The position numbers and the translations under genes were made by a program. A stretch of DNA of 64,000 nucleotides from Candidatus Woesearchaeota archaeon. GTDB lineage: Archaea; Nanobdellota; Nanobdellia; Woesearchaeales; 21-14-0-10-32-9. This document shows positions 19,257 through 27,442 of the stretch, in pieces. Where the stretch lies: assembly GCA_046543095.1 (NCBI GenBank), contig JBKHAC010000003.1:4163-68162 (forward strand). The letters are read 5' to 3'. Under the pieces are notes generated by a model. That model searched no databases. It worked only from the letters and a program-made list of their open reading frames with translations, and was not told where the DNA came from. Within the stretch, counting starts at the first letter, position 1, and each line of letters opens with the position of its first letter.

Positions 19257-19862
19257 TCATAAAATAAATAAAAATCCGAAACTAAAAATAATTAAAAGAA
19301 CTGAAATTGTTATAATTATTTGTGTTGCACTTATTCTTTGTACTTCTTCCTTTCTTTTAATTGAGCAAACACCGCCTGGGCAATGTTTTGCCATGCCGGG
19401 GTAAATTAGGTTATAAATCTTGCATCCTATGCATATTCCAAATGAAGTCTCAAAGAATAATAATATTAGGCAAAAAGAGCATATTGCGAGGTTTATAAGT
19501 CCGCGAACATCAAATACTACAAGTAAAAAGAACATCATGAGGGACATTGCAAAGCCTATGCTCCATGCAAAACGTTTCTGAGGCGCACCGACCCATTCCA
19601 CATCTTGATTTGAAACGAAGAATCTGCCAATTATGAGGCTTGGTGCGAACTTAGGATTTACAAACACTCGAATAGTAAAATCAATTAAAAACGCAGTCAC
19701 AAAAATCTTGATATAATCAAAGTTTGAGAGAAACCATGCATTTGCAAATGCGAATACTGCGAAGAAAAATAATATTCCTGCGCCAGCTCTCGCCTCGCGT
19801 TCATTTAATACGCGCACAGTGTATCCTTTGATTTTCTCGCCGAAATAAAAAATATTTTTCAT
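19257..19862 (-). CDS. DUF4395-like membrane protein with C-terminal Cys motifs
   Basis: LNEREARAGAGILFFF start and CIGCKIY..CPGGVC. The family assignment is from memory only. Confidence 0.5.
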   Translation of the reverse strand: MKNIFYFGEKIKGYTVRVLNEREARAGAGILFFFAVFAFANAWFLSNFDYIKIFVTAFLIDFTIRVFVNPKFAPSLIIGRFFVSNQDVEWVGAPQKRFAWSIGFAMSLMMFFLLVVFDVRGLINLAICSFCLILLFFETSFGICIGCKIYNLIYPGMAKHCPGGVCSIKRKEEVQRISATQIIITISVLLIIFSFGFLFIL

Positions 19863-19946
19863 GAAATAAAAAGAAAAAATACTTTATTTAAAAGCATGGT
19901 TGAGTACATTAAAAAAGCACTAAAAAATAAGAAACTCATAGAAAAA

Positions 19947-20080
19947 CTAGTCTGCGACAAAAGTTTTTTGTAATGCAAAGAGCATCGCTTTGATCCTCAC
20001 TTTATAAACTGAGTCTAGTGTTAACGAGTGCGAACCTAAGGCTCTTTTAGGCATTACAAATTTTTTATATCGCCAACTAA
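19947..20080 (-). repeat. hairpin-element family 1, copy 1B (inverted relative to 1A)
   Basis: The reverse complement matches 14811..14944 at 128 of 134 positions. Confidence 0.8.
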
Positions 20081-20180
20081 ACAAAGAATAAGATTAAAAA
20101 AATTTAAGATACAAACTTAACTAAGTTCTGTACTAATTTTAGTAAATAAAATTAAAGAAATTATTTTAACAAAAAAGAGT

Positions 20181-20190
20181 GCCCAGGGTG
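20181..20190 (-). repeat. 10-nt direct repeat of the tRNA-Ser 3' end (att-like)
   Basis: gcccagggtg is identical to 21460..21469, which covers the acceptor 3' strand and the end of the T stem of tRNA-Ser. Same orientation, 1279 bp apart. Confidence 0.5.
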
Positions 20191-20370
20191 GGTCTTAATC
20201 CTTCAAGGAGCGTTGCATTGACTTTTCAGTCCTCTTTGAATCAATAGCTTTTAGAATATTATAACTTTTATTTAAATCTTGCTTTAAATCTATTTTTGTA
20301 ATGGTTAAGTCAATAAATGAGATGAATAATACAAATAATTAAATTTTCGCGTTTTAAATATAATCTAAGT

Positions 20371-20943
20371 TTATTCCACCAAGATATTTTTTTTAGAATA
20401 ATTTATTTTGTTATTTTTTAATATCAATTCAAATTCATAGGATTTACTTATTGGAACTAGTAATGCTCCGTTAGCCAATCTTTGAATGTTAAATAAATCA
20501 AGTATTCCTTTATTGTTGTTTCTTCCGGCCAATATATAATTAAATTTGACTTTTTCATTATGTGATAAATTTTCTAAATCATACCAATAAAGACACATGC
20601 CTTTAAATCCTAAATTTTCTGAAAAAGGCACAACGTTTTTTAAACTAATACCTTCCAATAAAATTCCTGTTCTAGCAAAAAAAGATTCCTTGAAAAGTTC
20701 TTCTAATACGATTTGTTTTAAATCGAGTTTTTTAAATTCTTTTGATAATTTGTTTTTTAATTCATTTTTTATAATTTGTAATTTATTTAATCGGTTTTCA
20801 AGAGAACCTTCATTAAATATAATGACTAAATCTAAATCATTAGGTTCTAAACTACCCTTAGCTACTGAGCCATATAAAATAATATCAAATATTGTTTTAT
20901 CATTCAGATATTTCTTCAATGATTTTCTTAAGTTTTTCTGCAT
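20371..20943 (-). CDS. nucleotidyltransferase-domain protein (MNT-like, extended C-terminus)
   Basis: ILYGSVAKGSLEPNDLDLVIIF is the GS-x9-DxD pol-beta NTase motif. Confidence 0.75.
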   Translation of the reverse strand: MQKNLRKSLKKYLNDKTIFDIILYGSVAKGSLEPNDLDLVIIFNEGSLENRLNKLQIIKNELKNKLSKEFKKLDLKQIVLEELFKESFFARTGILLEGISLKNVVPFSENLGFKGMCLYWYDLENLSHNEKVKFNYILAGRNNNKGILDLFNIQRLANGALLVPISKSYEFELILKNNKINYSKKNILVE

Positions 20944-21247
20944 CTTTTCTAAGCATCTCTGCTTCCTCTAAATCCATTTTTTTAGAATAACTATCTTGAT
21001 AAAATGGAAAATCTTTATCAGCAATAAAATATAATTTAGGAAATTGTTCTTCCATGATTCTAAATCTTGATGAATGTGATGAAGGCGCAGAACCTGTTTT
21101 TTTAAGAATGTATAAATCACATAATGCGACTATTGATTTAAAAAATAATGTTGTTGCTGTGTTGTATTTCTTTTCAAATAATGCTTTTAGAGCGAAAGAA
21201 TAATATTCGTTGAAGTTTTCTAATAATATTTTTTCTTTTGAATTCAC
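20900..21247 (-). CDS. HEPN-like helical protein, partner of the NTase
   Basis: Overlaps the NTase gene. All-helical, with an SHSSRF segment. Start is proposed at the GTG at 21247, 24 nt downstream of a TTTATATAT box (plus 21272-80). Confidence 0.45.
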   Translation of the reverse strand: MNSKEKILLENFNEYYSFALKALFEKKYNTATTLFFKSIVALCDLYILKKTGSAPSSHSSRFRIMEEQFPKLYFIADKDFPFYQDSYSKKMDLEEAEMLRKDAEKLKKIIEEISE

Positions 21248-21458
21248 GTTGTATAATACAACAGCTAAGAAATATATAAATGTTTCGGTTGTATGATACA
21301 ACAAAAAAACACGAATTTATTTTAAATGATGTATGGTACAACAAGTTTAGTTCATTAAAAAATCAAAACTTGGCCGACGGCTTAACGATAAAAAGTTTCA
21401 AAACACATAAAATTAACTAATTTTGACAAATAATTCAAAAAAACTTAATTTAAGAAGG

Positions 21459-21581
21459 CGCCCAGGGTGAGATTTGAACTCACGATCCCAAAGGGACAGG
21501 ATGTTTGCGGCATTGTAGGTTCTCTAAAGCACAATGTTGTACTTAGCAATCCTGCGCAATACCAGGCTATGCGACCTGGGC
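21459..21581 (-). tRNA. tRNA-Ser(GCU) with a 41-nt intron at the canonical 37/38 position
   Basis: Acceptor GCCCAGG/CCTGGGC, discriminator G, anticodon stem CAGGA/TCCTG, loop TTGCTA|A. Long variable arm TCCC-TT-GGGA, T arm GTGAG-TTCAAAT-CTCAC. BHB: 4-bp helix TTGC/GCAA flanked by 3-nt bulges TAA and ACA. CCA is not encoded. Confidence 0.9.
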
Positions 21582-21670
21582 ATATTACTTGGAAAATTGG
21601 GCTGCTTATTTAAACTTTTCTGGGTTTTTTTGGCAAAAAATATAAAAACTAGGGATATTTAACTATTTAA

Positions 21671-22747
21671 ATGTTTGAAAACTTATTTAATGGATTCTTG
21701 GATGTGGTGTGGCAAGGTAATACTGTGTTTGAATATGTGGTGGCTTTGGGTTTATTTTTGGGTTTATTTATTGTATTTAAAATATTTGATTATTGGGTAT
21801 TGCATAAATTGGAGGTTCTTGCTAAGAAAACTAAAACTGGGTGGGATGATTTATTGATTAATTTTCTTAAAGAAATAAAGTGGTTTTTTTATTTTGTTTT
21901 ATCTTTATTCATATCTTTGCAAACGTTATCTATTCCTCAATTGATTAATAGTGTGGTATATTATTCATTGCTTGTTGTTGCTGGTTTTTATATTGCTAAG
22001 GGTATTTCTCGTGCGATAAATCATTTAGTTGAAGAAAAAATAAAGAAAAGCGGGGATAAAAAATCGGATAGTTCAAGTTCTATGATTAAGCTTTTAGGTA
22101 ATATTGCTAAAGGTGTTATTTGGGTTGTTGCTTTGCTTATGATTTTATCGAATGCGGGTGTTGAGATTACGCCTATGATTGCGAGTCTTGGTATTGGTGG
22201 TATTGCAATAGCGCTTGCTTTGCAATCTGTTCTTGGTGATTTGTTTGGTGCGTTTGTTATTTATTTTGATAAGCCGTTTAAAGAGGGTGATTTTGTAATT
22301 GTTGGTTCTGATATGGGTGTTGTGAAGCATATTGGGATTAAAAGTACTAGGCTTCAGGCACTTGGTGGGCATGAACTTGTTATGTCTAATACTGAGATGA
22401 TTAACTCAAGAATTAATAATTATAAACAAATGGAAAAAAGGCGTATTGTTTTTGGTTTTGGTGTTAGGTATGATACTGGTAAGGTGAAGCTCGCGAAGGT
22501 TAATGGTATTGTTAAGAAGATATTTAAAAAAGTTGATAATGCGGATCTTGATAGGGTTAATTTCAAGCAATTTGGTGATTTTAGTTTGGATTTTGAAGTT
22601 GTTTATTATGTTATGAGCGCGGATTATAATGAGTATATGGATATTCAAGAGAAAATAAATATGGATTTATACTCTGAATTTGAAAAAGTGAAAATTGGTT
22701 TTGCGTTTCCGACTCAGACTCTTGAGATTGAGAAATTTAAAAAATAG
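21671..22747 (+). CDS. MscS-family mechanosensitive channel
   Basis: N-terminal TM helices followed by FKEGDFVIVGSDMGVVKHIGIKSTRL, the beta-domain signature. Confidence 0.85.
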   Translation: MFENLFNGFLDVVWQGNTVFEYVVALGLFLGLFIVFKIFDYWVLHKLEVLAKKTKTGWDDLLINFLKEIKWFFYFVLSLFISLQTLSIPQLINSVVYYSLLVVAGFYIAKGISRAINHLVEEKIKKSGDKKSDSSSSMIKLLGNIAKGVIWVVALLMILSNAGVEITPMIASLGIGGIAIALALQSVLGDLFGAFVIYFDKPFKEGDFVIVGSDMGVVKHIGIKSTRLQALGGHELVMSNTEMINSRINNYKQMEKRRIVFGFGVRYDTGKVKLAKVNGIVKKIFKKVDNADLDRVNFKQFGDFSLDFEVVYYVMSADYNEYMDIQEKINMDLYSEFEKVKIGFAFPTQTLEIEKFKK

Positions 22748-22827
22748 TTTTATTTTTGGTATTTTATTTTTTTCTTCTTTTTTTGGGTAAGTTTTATAAA
22801 AAGTGTTGTGTTTTCTTTTAATTAAGT

Positions 22828-23481
22828 ATGGTAGCTAAAAAGAAAGATTCATTAAATAAGGGTTCTTTGCCTATTGAGTCTAATGGTATTAGTAATGTGA
22901 CTTATGAGCTTGAGGGTGTTGAGCGCGAGGAGCTTGATGAGAAGAGCAAGCGTAGGCCTAAGGTGTTGGCTGTTTTTTCTAATGAGCGTATTGTGACTGA
23001 GAATAGTAATGAGGCTCGTGAATTGTTTAATCAGAGTAGGTTTGGGTCTGTTCTTGATAATGGTCAAGTTCAGCTTAGTTTGCATGAGGCGTTATATTTG
23101 ATGGAGAAGTCTCGTATTGAAATTGTTGATTATCGTAAGAAAGAAGTTAGTTTTCAAGATTATTTTAAGCGTGCTAATAAAATTGAGCCTAATTTTTGGG
23201 TAAGATATGCTGTATTTAAAGACATGAGGACGAGGGGTTACATAGTTAAAACTGCTTTAAAATTTGGTGCTGATTTTCGTATTTATGATCGTGGTGTCAA
23301 GCCAGGTGAGGATCATGCGAGGTGGGTTGTGTATCCTGTTCATGAGGGTACGACTTTGACGTGGTATGAATTTGCTGCTAAAAACAGGGTTGCGCATTCA
23401 ACTAAAAAAAGATTAATGCTAGCAGTCGTTGATGATGAATCTGATGTGACGTATTGGGAAGTTAAGTGGGTTAGGCCGTAA
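22828..23481 (+). CDS. endA: tRNA-splicing endonuclease
   Basis: C-terminal catalytic domain YIVKTALKFGADFRIYD..HARWVVYPV..KRLMLAVVD. Confidence 0.8.
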   Translation: MVAKKKDSLNKGSLPIESNGISNVTYELEGVEREELDEKSKRRPKVLAVFSNERIVTENSNEARELFNQSRFGSVLDNGQVQLSLHEALYLMEKSRIEIVDYRKKEVSFQDYFKRANKIEPNFWVRYAVFKDMRTRGYIVKTALKFGADFRIYDRGVKPGEDHARWVVYPVHEGTTLTWYEFAAKNRVAHSTKKRLMLAVVDDESDVTYWEVKWVRP

Positions 23482-23521
23482 TCTTTGCAGTTTTTTTCTT
23501 CTTCTTTTTTGTTTGTTTGGT

Positions 23522-23544
23522 GAACAAAGCTTTTGGCTTTGTTC
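23522..23544. terminator. perfect 9-bp hairpin between convergent genes
   Basis: gaacaaagc-ttttg-gctttgttc, preceded by T-rich sequence after the endA stop. Confidence 0.5.
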
Positions 23545-23554
23545 GGTGCGGTGT

Positions 23555-23606
23555 CAACGGACGCAACCGTTGTGTGAGTTTGACGGACGCAATCGTTGTG
23601 TGGTTT
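23555..23606. repeat. two tandem 26-nt units, the first containing a small palindrome
   Basis: caacggacgcaaccgttgtgtgagtt / tgacggacgcaatcgttgtgtggttt match at 21 of 26. The caacgg..ccgttg stem is in unit 1. Confidence 0.6.
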
Positions 23607-23611
23607 AGGTA

Positions 23612-24091
23612 TTAATATTGTTGTTTATCTGTTTTGCAGTTCCATTCGTTGAGTACTTTGAGGCATTCTGTTCTCATTATTTGTTTTTCTTTTAATTTTT
23701 TTATTTGTTTTCCTTTTATTATTTCGTATATGTAGTGGTCTTTAAAGCCTATTTTCTCAACGTCTTTTGAATTTGTGCCGTATATTATTTTTTCAATACC
23801 TGCCCACATAATTGCAGCAAGGCACATCGGGCATGGTTTTGATGTTGTGTATATTTCGCATCCTTGTAGGTTGTGTGTTCCAAGTTTCTTTGATGCGCGT
23901 CGTATTGCGACTATTTCTGCGTGCGCGGTTGAGTCTTTTGTTTTTATTACCTCATTATGTGCTTTCGCGATGATTTCATTGTTCAATATAATTATTGAGC
24001 CGAATGGTCCGCCGTGGTTTTTGCACACTCCTTTTTTTGCTTCACTTATTGCTTTTTGCATGTATTCTTTATCTTTATTAGCGCTCTTCAT
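23612..24091 (-). CDS. CMP/dCMP-type zinc deaminase (TadA/guanine deaminase-like)
   Basis: HAEIVAIR and PCPMCLAAI zinc-binding motifs. Confidence 0.8.
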   Translation of the reverse strand: MKSANKDKEYMQKAISEAKKGVCKNHGGPFGSIIILNNEIIAKAHNEVIKTKDSTAHAEIVAIRRASKKLGTHNLQGCEIYTTSKPCPMCLAAIMWAGIEKIIYGTNSKDVEKIGFKDHYIYEIIKGKQIKKLKEKQIMRTECLKVLNEWNCKTDKQQY

Positions 24092-24143
24092 AAAGTTATT
24101 AGCTTAGTTAAGTTATTATAAAAGTTTTTATTTGCAGTACATA

Positions 24144-24245
24144 CATAGCATGGTGCCTAAAAGAGCCTTCAAGTTATAAAATTAATTTTACTCAGGTTTA
24201 AAGATGAAATAAACTGCTTTGCTCGTTGCACTATGCACGTGCTAT
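24144..24245 (+). repeat. hairpin-element family 1-like copy 1D
   Basis: Shares gcctaaaagagcctt (15 nt identical to 1A) and a gctcgttgca right arm as in 1C. The outer arms catagca../..tgctat pair. Confidence 0.35.
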
Positions 24246-25393
24246 TTGCGTGCAAGTTTTATGAAGTAGAATTCTTGTTTTCCTTGTGCTGTTTCTAATC
24301 TATCTATTTCTTGGTATTTGTGTTTTTTTCCTATTTCTATTAGTATTTCTGGGTTTCGTATCATGACATTTATTGTACCTTTTTTTGAGAGGAATTCGTT
24401 TGCTGCTATAAATAAGTCGTTGTATGTCTTAATTACTTTTGATTCGGGTACATTCTTTGATGGTTCTATTATTCTTGTTGCGACTATGTCTATTTCTTTT
24501 GAGAAGTTTTTTATATCAAGGTTTGATGCGTCTACTCTTGCAAATGCTATGTTGCGTTCTACTCCTGCGATTCGGGAGTTCTTTTTTTGTGCGGCGAGGT
24601 TTGGAAATGATGGGTCGCATGAGTATATATTGTTCATTTTTTCATCTTTAATTTTTGTGTCATAATCTTTTAATTTGGTTAAGTTTTCCTCGTTTATTTT
24701 TGTTGGGAAATTGAAGTCTTTTTGATAAAAATGTATTGATGTGTTTTTCTCATATAGTGCTGCCTCTATTGGGATGATTCCTGCAAGTGAGAATGGGTCG
24801 AGTAATGTTTTTCCAGGGGCGTAGTTTGAAAACATTAGTAAATTAAATGCGAGGGTTCCTTTGACTGCTGTTGGATTGTTGAAAAATATGTAGTGTCTTT
24901 TGCTCAAATCTTTGCCTGCGTAATCTAGTCCTATTAAGTAATTATTATCTTCAATTAAAACGAAAAAAATTAAGTCTTTTGTTTTGTAATCTGCTTTTGT
25001 ATTTATTTTTTTTTCATCTATTATTTTTTTTATCTCGCTTGATATTTCTTGTTCGACGATTACGCTGTTAAATTCGTGTGCGCCTTTTCGCGTAGCTGTG
25101 ACGCGGTAGCTCTCGGGGAGGTATTCTTGCCAGACTTGATTTTCTTTCAAATTAGTGCTTATTTTATTTTTTAAATCTTCAAGGTCTTTAAATTTTCCGT
25201 TGCCTATTTTGATTATTATTCTCTTTGCGCTTTGGGCGTAATATGTGATTTTTAGTGCGTCTTCGTTTTTTGCTATAAAATCTACAAATCCTTCTTTTTT
25301 CTCGCTATTTATTTTAAATTTATCTTTAAGTTCTTTTCTGCATAATTCTTCGCAGTTTTTCTCGGTTATAATTGTGTATGTTTTATTTATCAT
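24242..25393 (-). CDS. THUMP-domain class I SAM-dependent RNA (tRNA m2G-type) methyltransferase
   Basis: N-terminal THUMP-like fold pattern. C-terminal Rossmann motif LLDPFSLAGIIPIEAAL. Confidence 0.7.
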   Translation of the reverse strand: MINKTYTIITEKNCEELCRKELKDKFKINSEKKEGFVDFIAKNEDALKITYYAQSAKRIIIKIGNGKFKDLEDLKNKISTNLKENQVWQEYLPESYRVTATRKGAHEFNSVIVEQEISSEIKKIIDEKKINTKADYKTKDLIFFVLIEDNNYLIGLDYAGKDLSKRHYIFFNNPTAVKGTLAFNLLMFSNYAPGKTLLDPFSLAGIIPIEAALYEKNTSIHFYQKDFNFPTKINEENLTKLKDYDTKIKDEKMNNIYSCDPSFPNLAAQKKNSRIAGVERNIAFARVDASNLDIKNFSKEIDIVATRIIEPSKNVPESKVIKTYNDLFIAANEFLSKKGTINVMIRNPEILIEIGKKHKYQEIDRLETAQGKQEFYFIKLARK

Positions 25394-25486
25394 TATTTTA
25401 TTTAGAAATCTTTTTTCTTTTATAAATCATGCTTTATTTTTTTAAAGGAAGTTTTTTATATTCTTTTGTTTTCTTTTTTTATTATT

Positions 25487-27442
25487 ATGGTTGGTGTTTT
25501 AAAAAAATTATTGTTTGGCTTGGTTTTTTTTATGTTTTCTATAATTTTATCTCTGCAATCTATTGCTGTTTTATCTTCTAACTCTGCGGTATTGGATGTG
25601 TCTTTATCTGTTCCTATAGATTTTGTTGTTGAAAATCAAGGGTCTTTATCTCGTCTTAATATTGATTTTGCTATGGTTCCGATTAATGCTAACAATCAAA
25701 AAGTTTTAGCTCAATCGTATAATGTTATGCCTGAAGATGTTGGGGAGGGTTTTGCTAAATTTAAAATTACTAGTGCAGAAGATTTTGATTTGGTTGCAAA
25801 TTATGAAATTGAAACATCTATTGCATCTACTAAAGTTTTTGATAAAGTATCCTTTCCACTAAATGGTCTTGATCCGTCTTATATCTCGTTTATATCGAAA
25901 ACTGATGTTTATGATATAAATAATGATATTTCCGCTCTTGCTGCATCTCTTGCTGGGGGCGAGGATGATTTGTTTAAAGTTGTATTTAATCTTGCTAATT
26001 GGGTTCATGAAAATGTAGAGTATGATATTGAAACTTTAAATCCTGAGTCTTTGCCTGCCTCTTGGGTTTTTAATAATAGAAGGGGTGTTTGCACGGAGTA
26101 TACATCTTTATTTATATCTCTTGCTCGCAGTCTGGGTATTCCTGCGCGTGAAGTTTCTGGTTTTGCGTTTACGGAATCAACATTATTTGAGAGGGGTTGG
26201 GAGTTTCATTCTTGGGCTGAAGTTTATTTTCCGGGTACTGGGTGGGTGTTATTTGATCCGACTTATGGGCAGTTTGGTTTTGTTGATGCGGGTCATGTTA
26301 GGCTTGGCTCGTCAGGTGAGGGTTCGCTTGTTCGTAATTCTTTTTCGTGGCGTGGTATGGGTGTTGATGTAATTCCGGGTCAAACTGATTTATCTGTTAA
26401 TGTTCTCTCGACTAAGGGTGGGTCTGATAAATCTAAGTTATCTGTAGATGTATCTGTTTTTGAAGAGGTTATATCGCGCGGTTCTTATAATTTTTTAAAA
26501 GTTGATTTAACTAATAATAATGAGTTCTATGTTGCTGAAACTATTCGTGTATCTGGTGTTGATGGTTTATCTTTTCTATCTGATAGGAAGAAGGCGGTTG
26601 TGCTTGCGCCTTTTGAGTCTAAGGCAGTATATTTTGTATTTAAGGCGGATGATAATCTTAAATCTAATTTAATTTATACTTTTCCTTTAAGGTTTTATTT
26701 GAATGGCGAATTATTTTCAAAGTCTTTTACTCTAAAGGAGGGGGGGTCTTTTATTCCTGAAGATGCAATATCTATTTTTCTTGAATCTGATGATTTAGTT
26801 ATATCTAAAGAGTTTTCGTGTAAATCAGATGAGGTTATAATTTTAGGTTCTTATCTTAATATATCTTGTATTTCTAGTGTTGATTCGGGTTATTTGTGTT
26901 TTGGTGATGTTTGCGAAGGTATTGATTCGTTTAATAATAATTTTTCTATTAAAGTATTTGATTCAGGACTTTTTTCTAAGCCTATAACTTTAAAAAATGG
27001 TGATTTAAAAGAGGTTTCTTTTATTAGTTTTTTAGTTTTGGATTTGGCAAATATTGATTTATCTAATGTGTCTTATTCGAAGAAACTTGAGCCTAATGAT
27101 TTTGGGTCTATTAATGTTTCTTTATTAAAATCTTCAAGTAGTGTTCCAAATAATGTGTCTTTAAAAATTTATCATCCTCATTTCTCTGAGGTTTTCTTTT
27201 TTGATAATTTGAATACTCCTGCGCGTCTTAATTTTGAGTTTCCTGCAAGAAATCTGAGGAGGGGTGCTAATGAAATAATTATCTCTGCTCAATTTGAGGA
27301 TGTTATTGGCAGGTCTTTTTCAAATAATGCTACTATTGATATGTATGTTGAGGGTTTATCTCTCTTTGACGAGGTTGACTTCTTTTTTAGAGGAGTTTAT
27401 TTTTGGGTTGTGAATTTATTTAGGGGGGTTTTATTTGAATAA
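25487..27442 (+). CDS. membrane-anchored transglutaminase-like cysteine protease-fold protein with a large beta-rich C-terminal region
   Basis: Cys-His-Asp core: RRGVCTEYTSLFISLARSLGIPAR .. HSWAEVYFPGTGWVLFDPT. N-terminal TM helix. Confidence 0.8.
   Translation: MVGVLKKLLFGLVFFMFSIILSLQSIAVLSSNSAVLDVSLSVPIDFVVENQGSLSRLNIDFAMVPINANNQKVLAQSYNVMPEDVGEGFAKFKITSAEDFDLVANYEIETSIASTKVFDKVSFPLNGLDPSYISFISKTDVYDINNDISALAASLAGGEDDLFKVVFNLANWVHENVEYDIETLNPESLPASWVFNNRRGVCTEYTSLFISLARSLGIPAREVSGFAFTESTLFERGWEFHSWAEVYFPGTGWVLFDPTYGQFGFVDAGHVRLGSSGEGSLVRNSFSWRGMGVDVIPGQTDLSVNVLSTKGGSDKSKLSVDVSVFEEVISRGSYNFLKVDLTNNNEFYVAETIRVSGVDGLSFLSDRKKAVVLAPFESKAVYFVFKADDNLKSNLIYTFPLRFYLNGELFSKSFTLKEGGSFIPEDAISIFLESDDLVISKEFSCKSDEVIILGSYLNISCISSVDSGYLCFGDVCEGIDSFNNNFSIKVFDSGLFSKPITLKNGDLKEVSFISFLVLDLANIDLSNVSYSKKLEPNDFGSINVSLLKSSSSVPNNVSLKIYHPHFSEVFFFDNLNTPARLNFEFPARNLRRGANEIIISAQFEDVIGRSFSNNATIDMYVEGLSLFDEVDFFFRGVYFWVVNLFRGVLFE

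Noticed and set aside
19165-19404. 79-aa + strand ORF downstream of aspS.
   Set aside because: Half of it is antisense to the 3' end of 19257..19862. It has no motif and no promoter or SD.
14945-19946. Recent inversion of the whole 5-kb segment between the inverted 134-bp elements, as an explanation for the odd aspS codon usage.
   Set aside because: The antiporter (+) and the genes 14989..15369, 15411..15641 and 19257..19862 (-) inside the segment use the dialect matching their present strands. A recent whole-segment flip is not supported, and only aspS is deviant.
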